Made by a program: the position numbers and the translations under genes | Shown: positions 1 to 9,342 of the stretch, piece by piece | How positions within the stretch are numbered: the stretch's first letter is position 1 | Layout of the letters: each line of letters starts with the position of its first letter | Notes under the pieces: model-generated | Database searches by the model: none | Told to the model about the DNA's origin: nothing | The model's input: the letters and a program-made list of their open reading frames with translations, nothing else | NCBI GenBank assembly: GCA_963667175.2 | Contig: CAXXXF010000018.1 | Span: 1 to 64,000 of the forward strand | Origin: Candidatus Latescibacterota bacterium | GTDB taxonomy: Bacteria; Latescibacterota; UBA2968; GCA-2709665 | Reading direction: 5' to 3' | DNA: 64,000 nt

Positions 1-1607
1 GGGTCCGACCCGCCGATGAGCACGTTGGTTTCCGGGAGGATGCGGATGGCCTGGGCGCTGCCGGGACCGTCCCAGTCACCCAGGATGCGGAGATCGTGGC
101 CCCGCGCGGCGAGGCCTTCCCGGACGTCATCCGAAAACCTGCCCTCGAGTTGAAGGACGTCTTCGCAGGTATGCGGGACCGTGGATTCCATCGGGTTCTG
201 CAGGCTGCGCCAGCGGGGCGCCTCCACGGCTTCCTGCGGGGTCATGCCGAAATCCAGAATATGCGTAATCAGCTGGAGATTGGTCTGTACCTGGGTGTCC
301 GCGCCGGGGGTGCCGCACACGAGCACGGCCCTGTTGTCTCGCGTTACGATGACCGGGTTCATGGTATGTCGCACCCGTTTCCCGGGCATGAGGCAGTTGG
401 GGTGGTCCGCTTCCAGGTGCCAGTACGTCATGCGGTTATTGAGGAGGATGCCCGTGTTTCCCGCGAGAAGTCCGGATCCGAATCCGGACTGGATGGACTG
501 CAGCACGCAGACGGCGTTTCCCCACCGATCCGCCGTGCAGAAGCACGTGGTGTCCTCGTGGGACTCGGGCCTTCCGGCGGCCACGTCGGTGGCCGCGCGG
601 TCGGGGTCGATACGCCGCGCCTGTTCTTCCCCGTAGGACTTGGAGAGGAGACCCGCGAGCGGAATATCCAGCCAGTCCGGATCGGCGACGTAGGCTTCCC
701 GGTCCGAAAACGCGAGTTTCTTGGCCTCCACCATCAGATGGACGCACTCGGCCGTGTTGCAGCCGAGGGACCGGAGATCGAAACGCTCCACGATATTGAG
801 TTCCTGGAGCAGGACGTGGCCGCTGGAATTGGGCGGCATCTCATACACGGTGTGGCCGCGGTACGTGGTGTGAATGGGTTCTGCCCATCCGGCGTGGTGG
901 TTCGCCAGGTCCTCCTTGGCGAGCAGGCCGCCCCGGGAACGGCTGAAAGCGACAATGGCTTCCGCGAGTTCTCCCTCGTACACGGCCGCCCGGCCTTCCG
1001 AGGCGACCCGGCGCAACGTGGCGCCCAGGTCGTTCTGACGCAGCACGTCGCCCGCGGCGAGGGGCCGGCCGTCTTTCGTGAACACGTCTCGAGTGACTGG
1101 GTCCGAGGCGAAGTTCCCGGTCCAGGCGCGCAGGCTGCCGGACAACTTGTGGCTGACGGGAAATCCGTCTTCGCAGAGGGTGACGGCGGGTTCCAGAACC
1201 CGTTCGAGACGGAGACGGCCATGGCGCTCGTGGGCGATCAGCCAGCCGTCCACGATGCCGGGGATGGAAACGCTCAGAATGCCCCGCATGGGAATTCCGC
1301 CGCGTTCCAGATAGAATTCCCTGGTGGCGGCGCGCGGCGCGGCGCCGGTCGCGTTGACGGCCGAAACGTTGCCGGTATCCGCTCTGTAGATAAGCAGATA
1401 GCCGTCGCCGCCCACGCCCGACGCGGCGGGTTCCACCACGCCCAGCGCGGCGGCCGTGGCAACGGCGGCGTCGATGGCGTTGCCGCCGGCCATCAGCGTC
1501 GCGACACCGGCCTGGGACGCCAGGGGGTGCCCCGATGCGACGAGCCCGTTTTTTCCCATCACGGATGGGCGAAAGGCGTGGTGGCCGATGCCATGGGGCG
1601 ATTGCAT
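1..1607 (-). CDS. ggt: Gamma-glutamyltransferase family protein (3' end runs off the window)
   Basis: Not in the ORF track because it has no stop in the window. Manual translation from ATG 1607 (RBS GAGGGAG) gives MQSPHGIGHHAFRPSVMGKNGLVASGHPLASQAGVATLMAGGNAIDAAVATAAALGVVEPAASGVGGDG... and ends ...LIGGSDP, both typical GGT termini. Confidence 0.9.
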   Translation of the reverse strand, partial: MQSPHGIGHHAFRPSVMGKNGLVASGHPLASQAGVATLMAGGNAIDAAVATAAALGVVEPAASGVGGDGYLLIYRADTGNVSAVNATGAAPRAATREFYLERGGIPMRGILSVSIPGIVDGWLIAHERHGRLRLERVLEPAVTLCEDGFPVSHKLSGSLRAWTGNFASDPVTRDVFTKDGRPLAAGDVLRQNDLGATLRRVASEGRAAVYEGELAEAIVAFSRSRGGLLAKEDLANHHAGWAEPIHTTYRGHTVYEMPPNSSGHVLLQELNIVERFDLRSLGCNTAECVHLMVEAKKLAFSDREAYVADPDWLDIPLAGLLSKSYGEEQARRIDPDRAATDVAAGRPESHEDTTCFCTADRWGNAVCVLQSIQSGFGSGLLAGNTGILLNNRMTYWHLEADHPNCLMPGKRVRHTMNPVIVTRDNRAVLVCGTPGADTQVQTNLQLITHILDFGMTPQEAVEAPRWRSLQNPMESTVPHTCEDVLQLEGRFSDDVREGLAARGHDLRILGDWDGPGSAQAIRILPETNVLIGGSD

Positions 1608-1628
1608 GGCGTTCTCCCTCAACCAAGC

Positions 1629-2906
1629 TCAGGAACGGAACATCCGGGAATAGGGTACCGGATCGAGGAACATGCCGCCGCTGTGCCGGTAGTAGTCCTC
1701 GTCCAGGACAAATGCGCCCGATCCGGGCGTGAGCCATGGCGCGTCGGGAATGGGGTATGCGGCAAGCAGTTCGGCCCAGTTGCCGTAGTTCTCGGGCCCG
1801 TTGGATTCGATCAGTCCGCCTCTGAGTCCGGGGAATCCCGGCAGGCGGGCGGCGACGTTCTTGTTCCACTCCACCAGCAGCGGAATGCATCCGTTGTCGG
1901 CCACGAAGCAGGGTATGCCGGCTTCCGCCGCGGCGCGCACCATCCCGAACGCCAGCGATAGCGTCTTTCCCGCGGGTTTGACGGCAATCGCGCCGTACCC
2001 CTGGCCGGTCCGTGTACGCACGTCCTCAACGGTCTGCACGCTCTCGTCGGCCGCGAATCGGGCCGGAAGGTCGCCCACGTCGATCCCTTCGGGATTTCGA
2101 AACGGCTCTTCGATGATGACGATGTGTTCGCGAATACCGGCCTTGTGCGCGTGGTCCAGCAGGCGGGCCATGGATTCCTTCTTCTCGTATCGTCCGTTTG
2201 CGTCGAGATAGTAGACGACGTTCCCGGAATCCGTCATCGGCGTATCGTACCTTGCGGCGAGGCCATGGATCCGGTCGATCCACGCGACGTCCTTCCGCAC
2301 CATATCGGACTCCTCGCCGGGTTGCCCGATCTTGATTTTCAGAATGTAGACGCCCGTGTCCAGAATGTCCCGCAGTTCGTCCATGGGCATTCCATAGCCA
2401 ACGGCCGGCGCCACCCCGAGACGAGTCTGGCGGCTCGCAAGATACGGCCGGAACGCGCGAGGGATGAGTTCGTCGAAGGTTGCGATCCCGTTGCGCTTCG
2501 CGTGGAGCATCCACGCGGCGTTGTCCATGGCCACCAGGGCGATGAGCGTAAACGTGAGCCGCAGGTCCGGGTTGGCCGTGACGGTTCTGCCGTACTCGTG
2601 CGCCTGCGGGACAAGTTCCGACATCATCGCGGGCGGGTCCGCGAATTCCCGGTCCACCGCCTGCCGAAGCGCGAATTCCAGAACCGCCGACATGAGGATA
2701 TTGCCGCCGACTTCGGTATGGTTCCTAAACACGTCGGGGTCGGACCAGAGCACGGCCGTGCCGCCCACGCCCACCGCTTCGTTATCGTCTTCGTCTCTCA
2801 AGCGTACGACCAGGTTCCACTTCTCGTGGAACGCCGCGCCTTTAAACGCGAACGGCTTGGCGAAGGGCTGACGCTGCATTTCCAGGTCGGCGTGGACGAT
2901 GCGCAT
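1629..2906 (-). CDS. Enolase-superfamily enzyme (mandelate racemase/muconate lactonising/dipeptide epimerase-like)
   Basis: KxK motif (ILKIKIG) and metal ligands YLDAN, IEEP, AADES; 425 aa; in an operon. Confidence 0.8.
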   Translation of the reverse strand: MRIVHADLEMQRQPFAKPFAFKGAAFHEKWNLVVRLRDEDDNEAVGVGGTAVLWSDPDVFRNHTEVGGNILMSAVLEFALRQAVDREFADPPAMMSELVPQAHEYGRTVTANPDLRLTFTLIALVAMDNAAWMLHAKRNGIATFDELIPRAFRPYLASRQTRLGVAPAVGYGMPMDELRDILDTGVYILKIKIGQPGEESDMVRKDVAWIDRIHGLAARYDTPMTDSGNVVYYLDANGRYEKKESMARLLDHAHKAGIREHIVIIEEPFRNPEGIDVGDLPARFAADESVQTVEDVRTRTGQGYGAIAVKPAGKTLSLAFGMVRAAAEAGIPCFVADNGCIPLLVEWNKNVAARLPGFPGLRGGLIESNGPENYGNWAELLAAYPIPDAPWLTPGSGAFVLDEDYYRHSGGMFLDPVPYSRMFRS

Positions 2907-2913
2907 GCGCGCC

Positions 2914-3924
2914 TCACTCCCAGCGGGTGAGATCCAGGAGGACGCCCAGCCAGGCGTTTTTTTCTTCCAGCAGGCCCCGGTAGGCCGTGTCGGCGCTGGA
3001 AGCCGGCAGGACGTGGGTGAGCAGAGGGGCGACCCTCAGCCGCTCCCGGGCGATAAAGTCCAGCATGAGCTCGTCGGGGTCCGGGTCGCCGAACTGCGCT
3101 GCGTCGGCCTGCCTGGAACCGTGCGCGCCGATGACGGACACGCCGGTGCGGTGAATGTCGAAATAGAGGTCGATTTCGGCGCTGCCCCGCGGGCTTCCCA
3201 GCAGGACGACCTGCCCCATCTGCGCCGCGGCCCTGATGGCATGCGGGGCCACGTCCGGGTTGCCCGTGGCCTCGACCACGATCTGGCAGCCCGTGCCGTT
3301 CGTCAAGGCATCGATGCGATCTCCAGCGTCCTCCGCGGCCGGATTGATACGGGCCTCGACGCCGCAGGCCTTCGAGACGGCCAGTCGTTCGGGGACGGTA
3401 TCGATGCCGATGACCCGCCGGGCGCCCGAAAGCGCCATCAACTGCGCGGCGAGATTCCCGACGAGACCCTGGCCGAACACGGCGACCGTATGGCCGAGAC
3501 GGACCCCGGACAGGCGCACGGCCGTAAGCGCGATTTTCGCGATGACCGCGAACGGCGCCCGTTCCAGCGCCAGGTTCTCCGGGAGCTTGAGCAGCGACCG
3601 GCTTGAAGCGATCAGCGCGTGGGAGGCGTGCTTTCCGCGCACGTAGACCAGGTCGCCTTCGCCGACGGCATCCGCGTCGCGGCCGGCAAGCAGTACGCGG
3701 CCGACGGACGCGTAACCCGGATAGAAGGGATAGCTGGCGTAGTCGAAGTCCGGCAGCGGGAAACCCACGTGCGTCTGCGTGAACATCGCCAATTCGGTGC
3801 CGGGGCTGATCAGACCGTAGAGGTTTTCGACCAAAACTTCACCGGGTCCCGGGGTGTCCCTGACCTCGACGTCGACGGTTTCCACCTTCATTCTTTCCGG
3901 AAAAACAAGCTGTCTGGCCTTCAT
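2914..3924 (-). CDS. Zinc-binding (MDR) alcohol dehydrogenase-family oxidoreductase
   Basis: ISPGTE, PGYASVG, Rossmann motif VAVFGQGLVG, VEATG. Confidence 0.85.
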   Translation of the reverse strand: MKARQLVFPERMKVETVDVEVRDTPGPGEVLVENLYGLISPGTELAMFTQTHVGFPLPDFDYASYPFYPGYASVGRVLLAGRDADAVGEGDLVYVRGKHASHALIASSRSLLKLPENLALERAPFAVIAKIALTAVRLSGVRLGHTVAVFGQGLVGNLAAQLMALSGARRVIGIDTVPERLAVSKACGVEARINPAAEDAGDRIDALTNGTGCQIVVEATGNPDVAPHAIRAAAQMGQVVLLGSPRGSAEIDLYFDIHRTGVSVIGAHGSRQADAAQFGDPDPDELMLDFIARERLRVAPLLTHVLPASSADTAYRGLLEEKNAWLGVLLDLTRWE

Positions 3925-4028
3925 GACGAATCCTCAGTGATTCGCGTCCGGGCAATCGCGCCGTTTCGGTCTGACTTCCCGTGTGGCGGCGCCCTGGTTC
4001 CAGGACTCCCTGGCGGTTCGCTCCCGCG

Positions 4029-5381
4029 TCAGTGTCCCAGACCGATACCGGTCAGCCGGGATGTATCCACGACCCCTTCGGTGATGGCGAAGGCTTCTGG
4101 AAACCGGTCCGCCCATACTCCGTTCGCATCCGGGCAGTACTGCCGTGCGTTGCCCTCGATGGCCGTTACCGAGGGGACGCGCGCGGCCAGGCCCGCGGAG
4201 TGCAGAAACGAGGCCCCGGGGCAGGTGAGGTCCTGGACGCAGAGAAACATGCCGTATTTTTCTGCGGCGGCGCCCATCAGCAGGGCCTGCGACTGACCCT
4301 TGCAGGTCTTGAGCGCCACGCCTGAATAGCCGAGGTCGCGCGCCAACAGCAGGCTCTCGAAGTCCTCGAGGGACTCGTCGATCACGACGGGCCGGATTCT
4401 GGAGGCTTCGTGCATCCTGTTTTCCGGGTTGGCGCGCAGGTCGCGGGCCGTGGGCTGTTCGATGTAGGCCACGCGTTCGAGGGCGCCGCCGCTTCTTTCC
4501 TGTATCTTTGCCAGGAAGTCCAGGAGGTAGCCCACGTCGCGGCATTGTTCGTTGAAATCGAGGGAGTATGCCCAGCCGGAAACGGCGCGTTCGGCCTGCG
4601 TCCGCGAGGTGACGGCGTGGACGTCGCAGACGCGGTCGACGTCCCATTGGAGGTCGTCGCCGTTGAGTTTGATTTTGAGGTGGGTGAGGCCGTCCGCGCG
4701 GATCCATTCCGGCAGGGTCTCGGGCAGGCCGTCGTCCAGGCGCTGATCGACGTCCGCTTCCGTGAGCGGGTCCAGGGCGCCCACGAGGTGGTAGAGCGGC
4801 ATTCGCGGCGTGGGGTTTCGGAGGGTATACCGGTCCAGGTGTTCGCCGCTGAAGTCCTCGTTGAGATAACGGGCGAGGTCGTGGTTCATCCATCGGGCGG
4901 ATAGGCCATTGTAGACGTTGATCCGGTTGGCCTTGCCGAAGGCGTCGTGCAGGGCGGCGTCGATCGGGCTGGCGCTAACCAGGGTACAGAGTTTGGGCAC
5001 CGGCTCCGCAAGGTCCAGTTCCGCGCCGGTTTCCGCGGCGAGTTCGAGAAAACGCGACTCCAGGTCCGCCATGATGTCGACGGGATGACCGCAATCGCTG
5101 TAAGCGCCGGTGTACGCAACCATGCGTTCGCCGAGTCGGGCCATCGCCTGCATCGTATCGTCGAAGCCGACGGTCTGAGAGGGAAAGGACCAGGCGTTCC
5201 CCAGCGGCATGGACCCGAAACCGGACGCCCGCGCGCCGGCGCCGTTCTCCACGTCGATGGTCACGTTCATGAGTCTGCAGTGCGTTGTGACCACGCCGCC
5301 GAACTTCAGCGGGGTACGGTAGGGGAATGCCTCGAAGTCGAGTTCTACGTTGAGGATTCGGATATCCGAGGGTTTTGGCAT
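4029..5381 (-). CDS. Enolase-superfamily (mandelate racemase/MLE-like) enzyme
   Basis: HLKIKLNG, SLDFNE, YIEQP, VIDES and ALKTCKG motifs. Confidence 0.82.
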   Translation of the reverse strand: MPKPSDIRILNVELDFEAFPYRTPLKFGGVVTTHCRLMNVTIDVENGAGARASGFGSMPLGNAWSFPSQTVGFDDTMQAMARLGERMVAYTGAYSDCGHPVDIMADLESRFLELAAETGAELDLAEPVPKLCTLVSASPIDAALHDAFGKANRINVYNGLSARWMNHDLARYLNEDFSGEHLDRYTLRNPTPRMPLYHLVGALDPLTEADVDQRLDDGLPETLPEWIRADGLTHLKIKLNGDDLQWDVDRVCDVHAVTSRTQAERAVSGWAYSLDFNEQCRDVGYLLDFLAKIQERSGGALERVAYIEQPTARDLRANPENRMHEASRIRPVVIDESLEDFESLLLARDLGYSGVALKTCKGQSQALLMGAAAEKYGMFLCVQDLTCPGASFLHSAGLAARVPSVTAIEGNARQYCPDANGVWADRFPEAFAITEGVVDTSRLTGIGLGH

Positions 5382-5440
5382 CGTCGCTCCGTTGATCGGC
5401 GCGCCGTGAAGTCGCCGCGCAATTTCGGCTCTCTGTGTCC

Positions 5441-8125
5441 CTATCCGCCCAGTTGTCGTTCCACGCCTGCCTTGAGGGCGGCATCGATGCGCGCGGCGCT
5501 CTCCTCCAGGTGGGCGCGGGTCTGGCGGTCCAGTCCGGTGGGGGAAAGGGCGTTTCGGATGGCGGTTTTCAGTACCGCCAGGTCGGCGCGGGCAAGGGAG
5601 GCGGCATCGGCAGGAGCGTCACGGGGCGGTTTCACGACCAGGCCGACGACGTGGTCCAGGTGAAGGCGCTGAAGGTTTCGCCGGAAGCTGTTGACGTTGC
5701 TTCCGAAATCCAGCTCCGCCCAGATGGCCTCCCGGAGGCCGTCGAAGAGCTCCGGCAGGCCGAATACGTCGCCGCGCGCCCAGAGTTCCACGTCCTGCAG
5801 CCGGGCCAGCAGCAACGGATGGTACAGCGCGCTCAGTGGTCCCCGCTGGATGCTCAGAATCCGGCTGTGGATCGGATAGTCCAGCCGCTGCATGCGCCAG
5901 ACCGCGCCGCTAAAGCCCCACAGACGCTCGGGCGCGAGTTTCCGCATCAACTCTGGCCGAAAGTCGAAAGCGTGCGGGCCGAAGACATGGGTTTTCAGAA
6001 AGTCGAACGCCTCCCGCTGTCGTACCGCCTTGACCGGTTCGAACGGCAACCGATTTCCGGGGTCGCCCACGTGGTCGCGCCGGTGGTGGATTCCGCCGAT
6101 GTATTTGGTGACGTTTCGCGCCGCGAGGAAGTACTCCGTCAGGCCCTGGCCGAACACCCTCCGCAGTTTCTGGTACCGCCTTCCGGGGACTTCGAACTCG
6201 CCCTCCATTTTTCGCCAGAGTTCCTTCGCGAGCGCGATCCGATTGCGGTGGAACGCCAGCGGGTCCGCGCCCAGGTCCCAGCGATTGACCGTTGGATCAA
6301 TGCCCCGGGGCGCGCCGAAGGCGTCTTCATCCGTTCCGTACGCGACCCGTGGGTCCGCGACCTTTGACGCGATCCTGTCCAGTTCTTCCCGTTCCGCCTC
6401 GGGGTTCTCCGCGTCGATCGGCTTGTAGGCGTATTCGATCGCCCATTTGTCGTAGGGCCCGAGTGTTACGGGGAAATAGTGGCCCTGCTTTTCTCCCTCC
6501 GGGGCGATATTGGGGGGCAGGTAGTCCATCACCGAACTGGACAGGTCCTTTGCGGCTTCCTTGTCCTGGAGGCGCTCCGCGGGATGCAGGGTGCTGGCCC
6601 GGAAGTTGTGACGCAGGCCCAGGGTGTGCCCCATTTCGTGCGCGGCGATCATGGTCAGATAGTCGTTGATGAATTCCCGGCCCTCCTTCCCGGCCAGGTC
6701 GATTTCTCCCCGGGCGGCCAGCAGATTTCCCGCGAAGGCAGCCTGGTGGGCGGCGCCTTCGGCGTAGTCGCAGAACCCGCGCCAATGGCGCCGCGTTCGA
6801 TCCTGCGCAGGCAATGGGCCGCCGGCTTCGGATACGGGATCCACGAACTCCTCGAATTCGCGGAACATCACCCGCGGAAAGTCCGCGCTGAAGCGGATGC
6901 TCGCGTGGAACAGTTCACCGGTGAGCGGGTTGGCGCGGGAGGGTCCCTGGGCATAGATTCTGCGTGGATTCACGAACCAGCGGACCATGTTGTAGCGCGC
7001 GTCAGCGGCATCCCAGTCCGCGTCGTCCGGCTGCTGTCTGACCACGATGGCGTCCTTGAAACCGATGCGCTCGAAGGCCTCATTCCACATCAGGAGGCCC
7101 TTTTTCAGGGCTTCCCTGTATTTCACGGGGATCGTATTTTCCAGCCAGAAGACAATCGGCTTTCTGGGTTTCGAGAGTCTTTCGCGCGGATTCTCTTTCT
7201 CCAGGCGCCACCGTTCCACGTACCGCGTGTAGGGCGTCTCCTTCTGAACCGTGCTGTAATCCTGGTACATGGTGAGGAAGTGGCCCACCCGGTCGTCTCC
7301 CAGTCTGGGTCGGTAGCTCGTGCGCGGCAGGGTGGAAAGGCTATAGCGATAGACGTGCTGAAAACTGCGCGGGTCGGGAAAGGTGTAGGCATCGAATTCG
7401 GGGGTGGCCGTATTGAAGTGCAGGACCACTTCGATTTCCGTGTTCAGCGGAAAAGACTTCACCTTTCCGAAGTAGCTGTTCTTGCCGTCGAACCGGTACT
7501 TCACCTTGCTGTTTCTGAACGCCGCCGCCACCATCGCCAGATCCTGGAGGAAGAGGCCGCTCGCATCCACAAGAATGCTCTTCCTTTCCGGATGGGGTTC
7601 GCTGTCTACGATTTTCGCGACGCTGAGGATGGAATTCGTGACGCTCCGCTCTAACGCACCCGTGATCGGGGCGGCTTCATCCGCCCGGAAGTAGACGTTT
7701 TTGTGCAGGAACTGCACGTTCTTGCCGACGCGTTTGAGAATAAAGGGAAAGCCGTAATTCATGAAACTGGGAATCAGGGCCGTGGCGTCGAAGAAATAGC
7801 CGTCGGCCGCCTCTCGGGTGACCGCGCACAAATAGAGCCTGTCGAACTGTCTGGGCCTGATTTCCATGTAGACTTTGGCTTCGTCGTCCTTGCGATAGAC
7901 CGTAAAGAGTCCCGGGACGACTTCGAAGTCCTTCGTAACGTCCTCGAAGGTCTTCTTCTTTTTCTTCTTGTCTTTTTTCGCGGTCGTGTCCGCTTTCGTC
8001 TCTTTGGCCTTGACTTTCGCGGTGTCCGCCGACGTGGTGTCGGGTTTGGCTTCTTCCGCATGTACGGTTACGGCCAATATGGAGGCGAAGAAGACGTGGG
8101 TGAACGTGACGATCAGCGGGCGCAT
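5441..8125 (-). CDS. Secreted zinc-dependent metzincin metalloprotease (DUF4953/DUF5117-type)
   Basis: Signal peptide from MRPLIV; HEMGHTLGLRH (HExxHxxGxxH) and Met-turn SSVMDY. Confidence 0.88.
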   Translation of the reverse strand: MRPLIVTFTHVFFASILAVTVHAEEAKPDTTSADTAKVKAKETKADTTAKKDKKKKKKTFEDVTKDFEVVPGLFTVYRKDDEAKVYMEIRPRQFDRLYLCAVTREAADGYFFDATALIPSFMNYGFPFILKRVGKNVQFLHKNVYFRADEAAPITGALERSVTNSILSVAKIVDSEPHPERKSILVDASGLFLQDLAMVAAAFRNSKVKYRFDGKNSYFGKVKSFPLNTEIEVVLHFNTATPEFDAYTFPDPRSFQHVYRYSLSTLPRTSYRPRLGDDRVGHFLTMYQDYSTVQKETPYTRYVERWRLEKENPRERLSKPRKPIVFWLENTIPVKYREALKKGLLMWNEAFERIGFKDAIVVRQQPDDADWDAADARYNMVRWFVNPRRIYAQGPSRANPLTGELFHASIRFSADFPRVMFREFEEFVDPVSEAGGPLPAQDRTRRHWRGFCDYAEGAAHQAAFAGNLLAARGEIDLAGKEGREFINDYLTMIAAHEMGHTLGLRHNFRASTLHPAERLQDKEAAKDLSSSVMDYLPPNIAPEGEKQGHYFPVTLGPYDKWAIEYAYKPIDAENPEAEREELDRIASKVADPRVAYGTDEDAFGAPRGIDPTVNRWDLGADPLAFHRNRIALAKELWRKMEGEFEVPGRRYQKLRRVFGQGLTEYFLAARNVTKYIGGIHHRRDHVGDPGNRLPFEPVKAVRQREAFDFLKTHVFGPHAFDFRPELMRKLAPERLWGFSGAVWRMQRLDYPIHSRILSIQRGPLSALYHPLLLARLQDVELWARGDVFGLPELFDGLREAIWAELDFGSNVNSFRRNLQRLHLDHVVGLVVKPPRDAPADAASLARADLAVLKTAIRNALSPTGLDRQTRAHLEESAARIDAALKAGVERQLGG

Positions 8126-8267
8126 CCTGTCCTCCAGGCAGTTTGTATATTTCCTCGTCTCCAATTTGCATGCGGCTTGAGTATCTGTTGTCGGGACGGC
8201 ACACCGCGCTTCGCGACGTCTCCTTAATGTGGATTGCAGGCGCCGTAAATCGTGAGGGAACTCCGAT

Positions 8268-8738
8268 CTATTCCGGCCGGGGCGACCACAGTCTCAGCAG
8301 GACACGCACGCCAAGGCCCGTTACGCACCCTGCCGCGGCTGCGCTGAATTCGATCCATCCGCCCTCCAGCAACACGAGCAATACAGCGCTGATGCCGAGC
8401 GCCAGGCCCCAGAACAGCCCGGCGCCAAGGCTCCAGTCCAGCAGCACCGACACCAGGCCCACGCCCATGGCCGCCGGGATGGCCGCGACAAACCCGACGA
8501 TCACCCCGTCGAACGGGCCCCAGTAGACGCCGGCGCCGGCGCCAAGCCCCAGTACCATGCCAACGCCCGTGCTGATGTCGCTGCCCATCCCTACGATCAA
8601 CCCCAGCACGAGACCCCATCCCAGCCCGAGCCCCGCGGCGTGTTGCCAGCCCGGCTCCTCGACCAAATAGTGCGAAAACGGCCCCATCAGGGCAAAGGCC
8701 AAGCCGAAAACGAACCCCCCGTGGATGACTTGCCGCAA
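8268..8738 (-). CDS. Gly-rich integral membrane protein, unknown function
   Basis: Multiple hydrophobic Gly-rich helices; co-oriented with neighbours. Confidence 0.6.
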   Translation of the reverse strand: MRQVIHGGFVFGLAFALMGPFSHYLVEEPGWQHAAGLGLGWGLVLGLIVGMGSDISTGVGMVLGLGAGAGVYWGPFDGVIVGFVAAIPAAMGVGLVSVLLDWSLGAGLFWGLALGISAVLLVLLEGGWIEFSAAAAGCVTGLGVRVLLRLWSPRPE

Positions 8739-8797
8739 TACCGCTGCTCCTGTCTCGCTTCTATGGCCGATACTTTCCTGTCCCCGTCAGGCTGCGA

Positions 8798-9214
8798 TCA
8801 TACCTCCACGTCCTGCACTGAGCCCGGGTCCGACACCGGTTCGACCAGTTGGTCCATCGACACGTCGAGTGCGCCGGCGAACCGGCGAAACAGGTCGACT
8901 GCGCCGGCTTTGTGCCCGTTTTCGATCTGCGAAAGGTACCCCCTGGAAACGCCTGCCTGTCCAGCCAGGGAAGCCAGCGTGAGCCCGCGATGCTTCCGCC
9001 ACGCGCGCAACGGCGATCCGCCGTTCAGGATGGCCTTAACGACGTCGCCGGGAGCCGTATCGCCCGCAGCATCGTCTGCCCATGCCCTGTCGATGGCCGC
9101 GGAATCCTCCGCGTCTTCGAGCGCCGCAGCCATCCGGCGGTACGCCTCGATCGGAATCACCGCGTATTCGGGCGCTCCGTCCTTTACGATGATTTGCACA
9201 TGTTGTTCGCTCAT
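8798..9214 (-). CDS. XRE-family HTH protein, probable antitoxin
   Basis: N-terminal DGAPEYAVIPIEAY and C-terminal HTH LRAWRKHRGLTLASLAGQAGVSRGYLSQIENG. Confidence 0.85.
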   Translation of the reverse strand: MSEQHVQIIVKDGAPEYAVIPIEAYRRMAAALEDAEDSAAIDRAWADDAAGDTAPGDVVKAILNGGSPLRAWRKHRGLTLASLAGQAGVSRGYLSQIENGHKAGAVDLFRRFAGALDVSMDQLVEPVSDPGSVQDVEV

Positions 9215-9216
9215 CG

Positions 9217-9336
9217 CTAAATCTGCCCCGTCGTATCAACTTTCGCGACCAGCAGCACCCTTCGCTCGTCGTTGATCGAGTATATCACGCGCCAGCCACC
9301 CAACCTTAGCCGAAAGTCGCGGTCTCTACCCTGTAT
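9217..9336 (-). pseudogene. RelE/ParE toxin C-terminal remnant
   Basis: Manual translation IQGRDRDFRLRLGGWRVIYSINDERRVLLVAKVDTTGQI*, ending 2 nt before the antitoxin ATG; no start codon, truncated by the upstream gene. Confidence 0.75.
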
Positions 9337-9342
9337 CGGTGT

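Noticed and set aside
96-1961. 621 aa + strand ORF
   Set aside because: Antisense shadow of the GC-rich ggt and enolase genes; no motifs.
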